A stretch of DNA of 64,000 nt from Tubulanus polymorphus (Eukaryota; Animalia; Nemertea), in contig NC_134033.1 of NCBI RefSeq assembly GCF_964204645.1, forward strand, positions 7,076,655-7,140,654, written 5' to 3'. Shown here piece by piece: positions 13,271-23,620 of the stretch. The notes below the pieces were generated by a model. It saw only the letters and a program-made list of their open reading frames with translations, made no database searches and had not been told where the DNA came from. Position numbers and translations under genes: made by a program. Position 1 is the first letter of the stretch; every line of letters starts with the position of its first letter.

Positions 13271-14002
13271 ATGGAAGGAGGTAAAGTATATAAACATATT
13301 CCATACATCGATACACATGAAAATAATGATGGTTTATATTATGTAATACCTTGTAATATAGCTTTGATATTTGATCCTATTTTCAAAATTTATAAAACTA
13401 AACTAATAGAAATCGATAATAATAAAAGTGGTGTTGTTGATAATTTAAGTAATGTAATTGATAATAATGTAATACCTTCTACATCTAATAATGTAATACC
13501 TACTACATCTAATAATGTAATACCTTCTACATCTAATAATGTAATACCTTCTACATCTAATAATGCAATAATATTAAATGTTAGTGAAAATAGAAATTAT
13601 TGTGATTATTGTAAAGGTGAATTTTCAAACGCTCCATCAAATTGGAATAAACATATGAATACAAGGGTACATATAAATAATGTTATAGAACGTGTTGGTT
13701 TAAAAGAATCTATAGAACACCCATTTAGATATGTTACAAAGTTTGTTTCAAATCAAAAAGTAAATGGTAAAGAATTATATAAAGATTTATTATTAGCAAC
13801 ACCTAATAAAGATGAATTAGATTTAACCGATGCTAATAAAATATTAGAATCAAACACTGTAAATGAAATATTAGGAGCAAACACTAATAAAGATAATAAT
13901 GAAAATGGTGCCGTATGGCACCCACATGGTGATATAGTTACAGGAAAGCGCATTGATAATAAAGATTCTATGATTCTATTCTATCAGAAAATAAAGATAT
14001 AG
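13271..14002 (+). CDS. A-specific protein with (NNVIPSTS)x4 repeat and a C2H2 finger; 3' end possibly frameshifted
   Basis: 24-bp tandem repeat ~13462-13565; CDYC-x13-H-x5-H. Confidence 0.65.
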   Translation: MEGGKVYKHIPYIDTHENNDGLYYVIPCNIALIFDPIFKIYKTKLIEIDNNKSGVVDNLSNVIDNNVIPSTSNNVIPTTSNNVIPSTSNNVIPSTSNNAIILNVSENRNYCDYCKGEFSNAPSNWNKHMNTRVHINNVIERVGLKESIEHPFRYVTKFVSNQKVNGKELYKDLLLATPNKDELDLTDANKILESNTVNEILGANTNKDNNENGAVWHPHGDIVTGKRIDNKDSMILFYQKIKI

Positions 14003-14152
14003 TTGAGATGACTAATAAGTATATCAATAAACCAATTATTTATGAAGATACGGTAGAGCATTTGAATAAATTGTTAGGGTCTGATGATGAATTGGAGAGT
14101 GATGATGAAAGTGATTCAGAAAGTAATTATCTAACACTCAAAAAGTAATAAA

Positions 14153-14500
14153 GGTTGAAAATTGGATAAAATAATAGTAAATAAAAAAGGGGGTTTTAAG
14201 TATTAAGGTACCTAATACGTATTTAATACATATCTAATACATATCTAATACGTTTTATTTGAAAATACCTTAAATTGTATTTCTTTTTTAAATTTATATT
14301 GAAACCTCAGTAATAATAAATAACCTTTATTATTTTCAAACTTATTCATATATTAGTTGAAAAAATAAAAATAAATTGGTTGAAAATTGTATAAATAATA
14401 TTTATTTTTAAAAAGGGGGTTTTAAGTAATTAAGGTATCTAATAGGGTATCAGGTATTAGGGTATCTAATATGGTATCTAATAGGGTATCTAATACATAG
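14153..14500. repeat. Duplicated non-coding cassette followed by short GGTATCTAATA-type repeats
   Basis: GGTTGAAAATTG...AAAAGGGGGTTTTAAGTA.TAAGGTA.CTAATA at ~14153-14218 and ~14378-14444, each followed by degenerate 11-12-mers. Confidence 0.75.
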
Positions 14501-14624
14501 GTATATTTTAAACATATTTCAATATTTATATTTGTATTTTATTGAAATAATTCATATATATTCATGAATAACATATAAATGAATAACTTCTAAAATCAAT
14601 TTAGTAAAAAAATATGTATAATAA

Positions 14625-15308
14625 ATGGAACCAGAACAACCACAAACTATAAATATTACAAATAATACTGGTGTCATAAACATATACTACAAGAAGTGTT
14701 CTAAATGTGAATTAGATAAATTAGCTTTAACAGAATTTAGTAAGCGTAAGATTAGCAAAGATGGTTTTCAATATTGCTGTAAAACTTGTACTAAACTATA
14801 TACCAAACAATATCGAGAGGATAATATAGAACATTATAATTATTATATGGCAGAATATATGAGAGAAAGATATAAAACAGATCTTAATTTTAGATTGAAA
14901 CAATGCTTAAGATCTAGATTAACACAATTATTCAACAAAGAAACACATTCAGAAACACTATCTAATTTATTGGGTTGTGAATTTTGTGGTAATGAATTTT
15001 TCATATCATGGATAATATATCAATTCGATGATAAAATGAATATAGATAATTATGGTGAATACTTTCATATTGATCATGTGTTGCCGATTTCTAAATTTGA
15101 CATGAATGATGAATACAATAAGAAGCTAATATGGAGCTGGAAAAATTTAAGACCTTTAGAAAAGAAGGAAAATATAATTAAATCTAATAAACTAGATATA
15201 CAGTTATATTTAGATCAACTGGATAAAGCAAAGACATTTGTTGAATTATGGAACTCAACACATAATGAAAAATACGTTGAGGAATTTGATATCAAGGATC
15301 CGAAATGA
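14625..15308 (+). CDS. HNH endonuclease of the type common in large DNA viruses (A-specific)
   Basis: N-terminal CxxC...KDG...CKxC; NYG..FHIDHVLP...NLRPL...N..KSNK. Confidence 0.8.
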   Translation: MEPEQPQTINITNNTGVINIYYKKCSKCELDKLALTEFSKRKISKDGFQYCCKTCTKLYTKQYREDNIEHYNYYMAEYMRERYKTDLNFRLKQCLRSRLTQLFNKETHSETLSNLLGCEFCGNEFFISWIIYQFDDKMNIDNYGEYFHIDHVLPISKFDMNDEYNKKLIWSWKNLRPLEKKENIIKSNKLDIQLYLDQLDKAKTFVELWNSTHNEKYVEEFDIKDPK

Positions 15309-15366
15309 CTTATCTGGACAGTTATAATTACTGCTCCTAATAGATAAACAAAAGTAGTGAGATATC
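15288..15366 (+). other. Conserved putative structured RNA/DNA element, copy in A
   Basis: Homologous to 34530-34604 on the minus strand, with compensatory stem changes. Confidence 0.55.
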
Positions 15367-15620
15367 AAATAGAATTCAAATAAAATATATTAAAAAAACA
15401 ATAACTTCAACTAGCCATTATTTCTATTTTAATTTTTGATATTTTCTTTTACAATTCTTTTCAAAAGAGAATACTTTATATCACAAATAAAAAATACTAA
15501 AAATACAATAACTAATACTAAAATTCTTTACCTTTAACTAAGCTAGTATTAATCTAAAGAGATACTGGTATCATTTGAAGAATACTTATAATATTTTTTT
15601 CGCTTTTTTCTCATATATAA

Positions 15621-16224
15621 ATGTCAAAGAAATCGAGTAAGAATAGTATTGATATTGAAAAGACATTAGATGATTTGGGTATAAGTGATAATAAAGATAC
15701 AGTTGTAACTAATTGTGCTCAAGTAAATTGTAATATTGATTATGAATACTATTTATATTGTAAGCATCATCTTCAATTATTAATTGCTGGCGGGAAATCT
15801 AAGGATTTCTTGGGAAAAATTTTAACTTATCATGAACTAGATGCTATGAAACCCGATAAAGTAATAAAACATTTTAAGATTTTATGAAGAGTCAAGATTA
15901 GCTAGAATAAATGATTCTATTTCAGATGGTATTGTCAAATGTTATTCTAAGTTATGTCACCAGTTAATACCAATTAATGATGAAAATAAATTATATAGTG
16001 ATTTGAAAAATGACTACTTAGTTATGACTGAATTACAAAAATGGGTTGGATATGCTTCATTTCAATTAGGATCGGTTATGACATTAATTTCTACTGGTGT
16101 CATAACATTTTCGAACATCAAGCCTATGGAATATAAATCAGGTAAGAACGAAACAGATGTACTACAACCAAACGTCGAAACAGAAAATGAATCAGGACAA
16201 AAATTAACTAAAATAAATGAGTGA
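15621..16224 (+). pseudogene. Homolog of the B 196-aa membrane protein (frameshifted)
   Basis: IEKTLDDLGI, YEYYLYCKH and LKNDYLVMTEL shared with 33594-34184. Confidence 0.8.
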
Positions 16225-16585
16225 TAGCGTTAAGAAGAAGCCTAGATCCGAGAAACAAATTAAATGGGCAAGAGAATTAGGTAAAAGATCTTCAGAATTA
16301 AAAAAAGCTAAGAAAAAGAAATTAACTGTTATAAATGAATCACAGAAATTATCTGATATTGATTCAAATAATAATCCATCTGATTCTTCTAATGCTGGAA
16401 GTAATTATAAATTATATATTACAATTGGATTAGTAACAGTTATTATATTATCCGGTGTAATATATAAATCAAAATTCAAATCTGATGATAAAGATGATTC
16501 CAATGATAATAAACCTATCATACCAGAAAATAAGTCAAATGATAAAGTCATTGAAAATAAACCAAGATTATTATTAATGGATTAA
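16217..16585 (+). CDS. Basic single-TM protein, A
   Basis: RS.KQI.W.R.LG motif and TM segment shared with 34132-34485. Confidence 0.75.
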   Translation: MSDSVKKKPRSEKQIKWARELGKRSSELKKAKKKKLTVINESQKLSDIDSNNNPSDSSNAGSNYKLYITIGLVTVIILSGVIYKSKFKSDDKDDSNDNKPIIPENKSNDKVIENKPRLLLMD

Positions 16586-16591
16586 AATAAG

Positions 16592-17605
16592 ATGAAAAAA
16601 GAACAATATTTTAGATATTTATATTATAACCCAGAAAGTGAAGTATCATATTCTAGCGTTTCAGAATTATGGGATAAAATTAAATCTGATAAAGAAAATG
16701 GTGCCGTACGGCACCCACACGGTGATATAAAATATAGTGAGTTAAAATCATGGTTACAAAATCAACCAACATATCAAATCCACAAGAAAATGGATGAAAC
16801 TTATTTAACAAGAAAAGTTATGGTTTCATATATCGATCAACAATGGCAAGCAGATTTAATTGACATGAAGAACTTAGAAGAATACAACAAAGGATATTTC
16901 TGGATATTATATGTTATAGAAATATTCAGTCGATACACATGGTCAATTCCAATCAAAAATAAAACTGGTATAGAAGTAACAAATGCTTTTAAATCTATAT
17001 TTAAAGAAGCAATTCCAGATAAGATACAATTTGATGAAGGTAAGGAATTTTATAACAAACATTTCAAAAAACTATTATCTGATAACGATGTAGATTATTT
17101 TTATAAAAAAGCATCTATTATAGAAAGATTTAATAAAACATTGAAAACTAGAATGTGGAAATATTTTACTGCTAATGAAACATATAAATATATCGATGTG
17201 TTAGATGATTTAGTGAAAGGTTATAATAATTCTAAACATAGTTATATAAACATGAAACCTATACAAAGTAAGAAAAGGAGATAATTCAGAAATAGTTTGG
17301 AATAATTTATATGGAGCGTTTGTTACACATGATTTCGGGGAACCTAAATTTAAAATTGGACAACACGTTAGAATATCTAAATATAGAAAAACATTTTATT
17401 AAGGTTATACCCCTAATTTTACAGAAGAAGTATTCAAGATTAAAAAGATAATATTAACTAAACCATTTGTTTATAAACTAGAAGATCTAAAAGATGAAGA
17501 AATATTAGGTTATTTCTATGAACAAGAATTATCACTTGTACCAAATCCAGATGAAATAGAATACAAAATAGAAAAAGTATTGAAAACAAAAACTCTTAAA
17601 GGAAT
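16592..17605 (+). pseudogene. Retroviral-like (rve) integrase, A; frameshifted, chromodomain truncated
   Basis: WQADLID, IQFDEGKEF, IIERFNKT catalytic D-D-E; a deletion fuses its end to the ATPase start. Confidence 0.9.
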
Positions 17606-18208
17606 AAAGATTTATTTATATTTGAACCGCATAATATGTTAGTTACTGGTGTAACCAATTGTGGAACACATTTCATATTAGATTTGTTAGAAACTATTTA
17701 TAAGAATCATTTTGATAATATAATATTATTCTGTCCTACTTATGAAATGAATAAAACATATAATAGAGATATAGTTAAGATAAAAAAGTTTATTATATTA
17801 AATCCTAAAACAGTAAAAGAAAATTTAGATAATTGTATAAAAATAGCAATTGATACTTATAAAGGATCAAATACATTATTCATTATGGATGATTGCGCTA
17901 ATTTACATGATTCAAAAGTGAGAGAAAGTGAGTTATGTTATCTAGCTTTCTCTGGAAGACATTTTGGGATAACAACATGGGTTTTAAATCAAAAATATAA
18001 TTCAATTGTTAAAGACTTTAGGGAGAATATAAGATTTCTAGTTTTATTTTATAACAAAGATAGAAAATCTATGCAACAATCATTGGAAGAAAATCAAATT
18101 ATACCTACTGAATTACATGATGAATATATGAATAAATTAAGGAATAATAAAGGTTCAAAATTATTACTGAGACTACAATTTCCCTATGAATATAAGTTTA
18201 TAAAATAA
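17603..18208 (+). pseudogene. A32/FtsK-HerA-type packaging ATPase, A; Walker A lysine missing
   Basis: GVTNCG-TH (B has GVTNCGKT), FIMDD, SGRH. Confidence 0.85.
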
Positions 18209-18239
18209 CTATTTATATATCTATTCTATAAGAGCTTAC

Positions 18240-18468
18240 ACTTTTATATTGAATAATCTGTCAATTTAAATGTTATTCATATACATGATTATTTTAAGAG
18301 TAATAGGGATAATAGGCTTTCAGGTTAAAGGTTGAATGGTCGAGTTCATTAAAAACAAAACATGAAAAGTAATTTAAAACTATAATATATTTTCATAACC
18401 GTGTGTATTTCAGTTGAATAATAGAATAATAATTATTATTAAAATATATTTGATTATATGAATTTGTG
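18240..18468. repeat. Inner part of the right TIR of element A
   Basis: Reverse complement of ~1970-2198 with few mismatches. Confidence 0.92.
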
Positions 18469-18640
18469 AGTAATTAGAAGATGGCGTTTTCAGATCAGAG
18501 GACGAGAGGACGAGACACCGCTCATCACCACAAGTAATTTTTTTTCCTAATAAATGGGGGAGAATGAACACCAACTAGAAAAACATAATGTCAATAAAAA
18601 TCAATATTATTGTCAATATTGTAAAAAATACATCGATACA
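18469..18640. repeat. Left TIR of element B, running into the pPolB 5' end
   Basis: Reverse complement of ~35147-35316; first ~75 bp essentially identical. Confidence 0.9.
18521..18556 (+). promoter_or_regulatory. 36-bp leader CTCATCACCACAAGTAAT(n)CCTAATAAATG, copy 1 of 4 (pPolB)
   Basis: Also on the minus strand at 24916-24951, 34959-34994 and 35229-35264, always ending in a start codon. Confidence 0.8.
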
Positions 18641-21600
18641 TCTAATAAAACACGACATGAAAAAACTGCAAATCATATAAAAAATGTAATAGATTTTGAA
18701 ACTCCAGAAAATTCCAATGAAAGAAAAGAACGATTAGAAAATATGAATGTGGATGAAATAAAATGTGAAGTTTGTAACGAATTTATAGTAAAAAGGAATT
18801 ATAATAGACATCTCGAATCACAAAAACATTATAAAAATTTAAATAAAAATGTTTTAGGATTAGAATATTTTGATAATAAACCTCAACAAGTAAAAGAATC
18901 AACTTCAAAAACAAAATCCATTTCAAATAAACCTTACATGGAAAATGTTAGAAATTATATTGATTCACTAGAAATAAAAGATACAATTGAAATTTTAGAA
19001 ACATTACATAGTAAAATTGGTCCTGCAGCTATTATATTTAGATTTTTTAAAGGTACAACAATAGAAGATTATAGTAAATTTAATGAAATAATAGAAAAAA
19101 TACTAGATTTTATAACAGATGTTGAATATCCAAAAATTAGTATCTCTGGGAAAGTAAGTTTTATAAAGTCAGAAGAAAAAATGGATTATAATATTCAAAC
19201 ACACTCTGAAGAAATAATTTCAAAAACACAAATAAAAGAGAAGTTAGAAAAAATATTAAATGAATTTAAACGTCATATTGAAGAAAGATATTTTGAGGGT
19301 TCTGGCTTAACATTGAATGAAATTATATATTTAGATTTAAATGTTTATAATACAAAAAGAAATAAAACATCAAAAAGTAATAAAATGTTTAAAAATAATT
19401 CAAACTTTATAATAGAAAAAGATATGAAAGCATCAAGTTATATTAAATTACCATTTTTATCAAAAGCAATTATAAATGTTAAAAATGAAGACAACAAATG
19501 TTTTCTGTGGGCAATTATTAGTTGCTTACATCCATCACAGGAAAATGTTTGTAGAATAACAGATTATCGGAAATATGAAACATTATATAAAATTGATCAA
19601 TATCCAGTAACTATAAAAATGATTCCTAAAATAGAAAAAGTTAATAATTTAAAAATAAATGTATTCGAATTAATGCAATTACCAAAGACAAAAGGTGAAA
19701 ATATTAAAGATTATACATTGGAAGCTTTATATTTAACAGAATATTATGATGATGAAAATGCTTTAGATTTGTTATATTACAAAAAAGATGAAAATGAACA
19801 TTATATGTGGTTAAAACAAATTGATTTATTCTTTAGAACAGAAAGTGATTTTAACAGCCATAAAATTTATCTATGTAGAAAATGTTTATCTAAATTTAGA
19901 ACTGAGAATACATTATTAAAACATAAAGAATTATGTGATAATAAAGATTTTTGTAAATTAATAATGCCAACAGAAAAAGATTATAAATTGAAATTTACTA
20001 ATCATAAATTTAAAAATATTGTTCCATTTGTAATTTATGGGGATTTTGAATCATTGAATAAAGAATTAACTGATCAAGATAGAAAAGAAATATATAACAA
20101 AAAGCAATTATTAAAATCAATGGATAAAGGAAGTGAATTAAATGAAGACATAATTCAAGACCCACCAATTATAAATACAATTAAAAAAGTTCATCAAAGA
20201 GCTGCTGCTTATGGAATTTATATAAAATCAAATTATCCTGAATTATATGAAAGTCAATATATTTCTTTTAGAGGTGAAAATGTAGTTAATGATTTTTGTG
20301 ATAAAATTATTGAATTAGAAAGTGATTTTGCAAAATTATTAAACAAAAATAAAAGAATAGTTATGACAAAAGAAGATGAAATTGATTTTAATTATGCAAC
20401 TCATTGTTGTTATTGTGAAAAACGTTTTTATTCATTTGATAAAAGAGTTAGAGATCATGATCATTTAAATTCAAAATATCGTGGAGCTGCTCATGAAGAT
20501 TGTAATTTACAAGCTAAAAAAGTAAATTTCGTACCAATATTATTTCATAATTTATCAGGATATGATACCCATCTATTTATAAAACAATTATCGGGAAAAT
20601 TGGGCGCAATTAATCAAGAAATAGAAGAATATAATGCTATGAATGAAGCAAATGTAAGAAAATATGATTTTAAACTATTAGCTAAAACATCTGAAAATTA
20701 TATTTCATTTCAATTTGGTTGCATTAGATTTTTAGATTCTTATAGATTTCTAGCAAGTTCATTAGATAATTCATCAAAATCATTAGTTGATAATGATTTT
20801 GTTATAACTCGATATCATTATCCAAATGACCAAGATTTTAAATTATTAAGATATAAAGGCGCAATTCCTTATTCATTTTATAAAACACATGATGATTTTA
20901 ATGTAACAGAATTATTAAAAGATCAATTTTATGATAAATTAAAAGAGGAGTATGTGAAAGACGAAGTTTTTAATAGAACATTAAATATTTGGAACCATTT
21001 TAAGATGAAAAATCATGGTGAATTAGTTGATTTATATTTAAAATCAGATGTTATGATATTGGCTGACATATTTGAAAAGTTTAGAGAAGTTAATCTAAAC
21101 CATTTTAATGTTGATCCTTGTTATTGCTACTCTAGTCCTGGTTTAACCTGGCAATGTGGTTTAAAATATACAAATGTAGAATTAGATTTATTAAAAGAAC
21201 CAGATATGGTTTTATTATTTGAAAAATCAATTAGAGGTGGAATTAGTGGTGTTATGGGAGATAGGTATTTTAAAGCAAATGATGAATATAAATTATTATA
21301 TATTGACGCCAATAATTTATATGGTTGGGCAATGATGCAACCTCAACCATATAAAAATTTTATATTAACAGAAGTTGAAAGTGATGATAAAACTAATTGG
21401 GAAAGCGCAATTATGAGTTTAGAAGATGAAGCACCAATTGGTTATTTCTTTGTAGTTGATTTAGAATATCCTGAAAATATAAAGTTTAAAACAAGAAACT
21501 TACCTTATTGCCCAGAACATTTAACTGTAGATGATAGTTATTTAAGTGAATACCAGAAGAAAATAAAACCGAAAGATCATGTTTTTACAGAAAAATTAAT

Positions 21601-23620
21601 ACTTACTCAAAATAATAAATACAATTATATTGTTCATTATAGAATGTTAAAATTTTATCTAAAACAAGGAATGAAATTAAAGAAAGTACATAGATATATT
21701 GAATTTAATCAATCGAAGTGATTAGAAAAATATATAGATTTCAATACTCAACAGAGAACAATATCAAAAAATGATTTTGAGAAGGATTTTTTTAAGTTAA
21801 TGAACAATGCATTTTATGGTAAGACTTGTGAAAACATAAGAAATAGAAATGATATTGAGTTAGTAAATGATTATGAACGATTGAGACACCTACAATCAAG
21901 TCCTAGACATTTAGGAAATAAAAGATTTGAGGATTATTTGACCGCGGTAAAATTAAAAAGAACGTCAATGAAATTTAATAAACCCATTTTCATAGGTTCA
22001 ACCGTTTTAGAAGGTTCAAAATTACTAATGTATAATTTTTATTATAATGTTTTGCAACCACTTTTTGGGGAAAAACACATAGAAATTCTATACTTCGATT
22101 CTGTAACAGCTGACACCCCAATATTATTAAAATGTAATAATAAAATATTGGTAAGAAGAATTTCAGAAATAATTCCAAAACAAAATGAATGTTATATTTT
22201 ATATGGTGAAAAAGAATTAATACAAATAAATGGATTAATGGATGTTTGGACAAGAAATGGATGGAAAAAATTAAATAATATTATTAGACATAAAACAAAT
22301 AAGAAAATCTATAGAGTTAGAACTAAATTAGGATTTGTAGATGTTACAGAAGATCATAGTTTAATTAAACAAAATGGTGATGAAATAAAACCAACTGATA
22401 TAAAAATTGGAGATGAATTATTACATAAAAGATTTTACCCAAGAATGAATCATATGTCATTTGATGAAATAATTGATAATATTTATAATATAGAACCCGA
22501 AACATTGGAAGAAAAAGAATATTTTATCAAAGGATTTTTCATGGGTGATGGTTCAGCAGGTGTGTATAATTATGTTAGTGGAACTAAATATTGTTGGTAT
22601 TTATGCAATCAAGACTTAAAATTATTAGAAAGAATTAAGAAATTCTGTGAAGAAGTTTATCCAAATAAAACATTTAGAATCATGGATGTTATGAAATCAT
22701 CAGCAGTTTATAGAATACTTGTAAATAATCCTAAAGATTTTGCTATAGAATATAATGATGAATTCTATATTCATGCAATAGTGAAAAGTAATACTTCGAC
22801 AAAAGAAAAGATAGTTCCAGATTATGTATTGAATGCAAAAAATAATTTAAGAAAATGGTTCTTCATTGGATTCTACGCAGCCGATGGTACTAAAAGTTTC
22901 AAAAACCGCAAAACAATATCTTTAGCTCAAAAAGGAAAAGTTGCTATATCAGGATTAAATATATTATGCAATTCATTAGGTTTTAATATGAATATTGGAT
23001 TGAATAAATCTAAACCAAATTGCTTTAATTTAAGCCATGTAGAAAATGAGTTAACTGAAGAAGTTAAAGATTTATTTGAAATATATAACCCATCAGATTA
23101 TGTTTATGATTTATCAACTGAAGATGGTACATTTAACTGTGGATTTCCATTAATAGCCAAAAATACTGACGCCTACATACTAAAAATCAAGACAAATGAC
23201 ATAACAAAAGACTTAAAAACATTGAAACATCATTTTGATTTTAGTAACTATCCAAAAAATCATGAACTATTTAGCAATGATAATAAAAAGATTCCTGGTA
23301 AGTTTAAAGATGAATTAGGAGGTGATGAAATGATTGAATTTGTTGGGATAAGAAGTAAAATGTATAGTTACAGAACAAAAGATCATGAAGCTAAAAAGTT
23401 AAAAGGAATAACAAAACATGTGGTTGATAAACATATAGAATTTCAAGATTATATAAAGTGTTTATATAAATCAATTGTAATGAAACACAAAATGAATTGT
23501 TTAAGATCAGAAGATCATGAGATGTACATTAATGAAGTTGAAAAAACTAGTTTAAATCCATTTGATGATAAAAGGCATATTTTAGATGATGGTATTAAAA
23601 CATTACCTTATGGCCATTAA
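18554..23620 (+). pseudogene. pPolB: Protein-primed family B DNA polymerase of B, intein-containing, with one in-frame TGA at 21719-21721
   Basis: All Exo and Pol motifs present; 18554-21721 and 21800-23620 share a frame; the TGA replaces W of QSKWLEKY in A. Confidence 0.95.
22100..23164 (+). mobile_element. Intein (355 aa) with LAGLIDADG homing endonuclease in PolB motif C
   Basis: YFD|SVTADTP...VTEDH...GFFMGDG...GFYAADG...VYDLSTEDGTF...AKN|TDAY; A has uninterrupted YFDTDSY; open frame throughout. Confidence 0.95.

Noticed and set aside
15288-15366. Hammerhead ribozyme or SECIS call for the conserved element
   Set aside because: No CUGANGA core in the right order with GAAA, and no convincing GA quartet; left unclassified
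18521-18556. Spliced-leader RNA relic
   Set aside because: Only a vague resemblance; the motif is part of the TIR and ends in the same TAAATG as other genes
5137-21721. TGA-as-Trp recoding or programmed readthrough, since both pPolB genes have an in-frame TGA (one at a conserved Trp)
   Set aside because: The TGAs are at different positions, TGG is used widely, TGA ends other ORFs (15308, 16224), and TAA/TAG lesions also occur; ordinary decay or sequencing error is simpler
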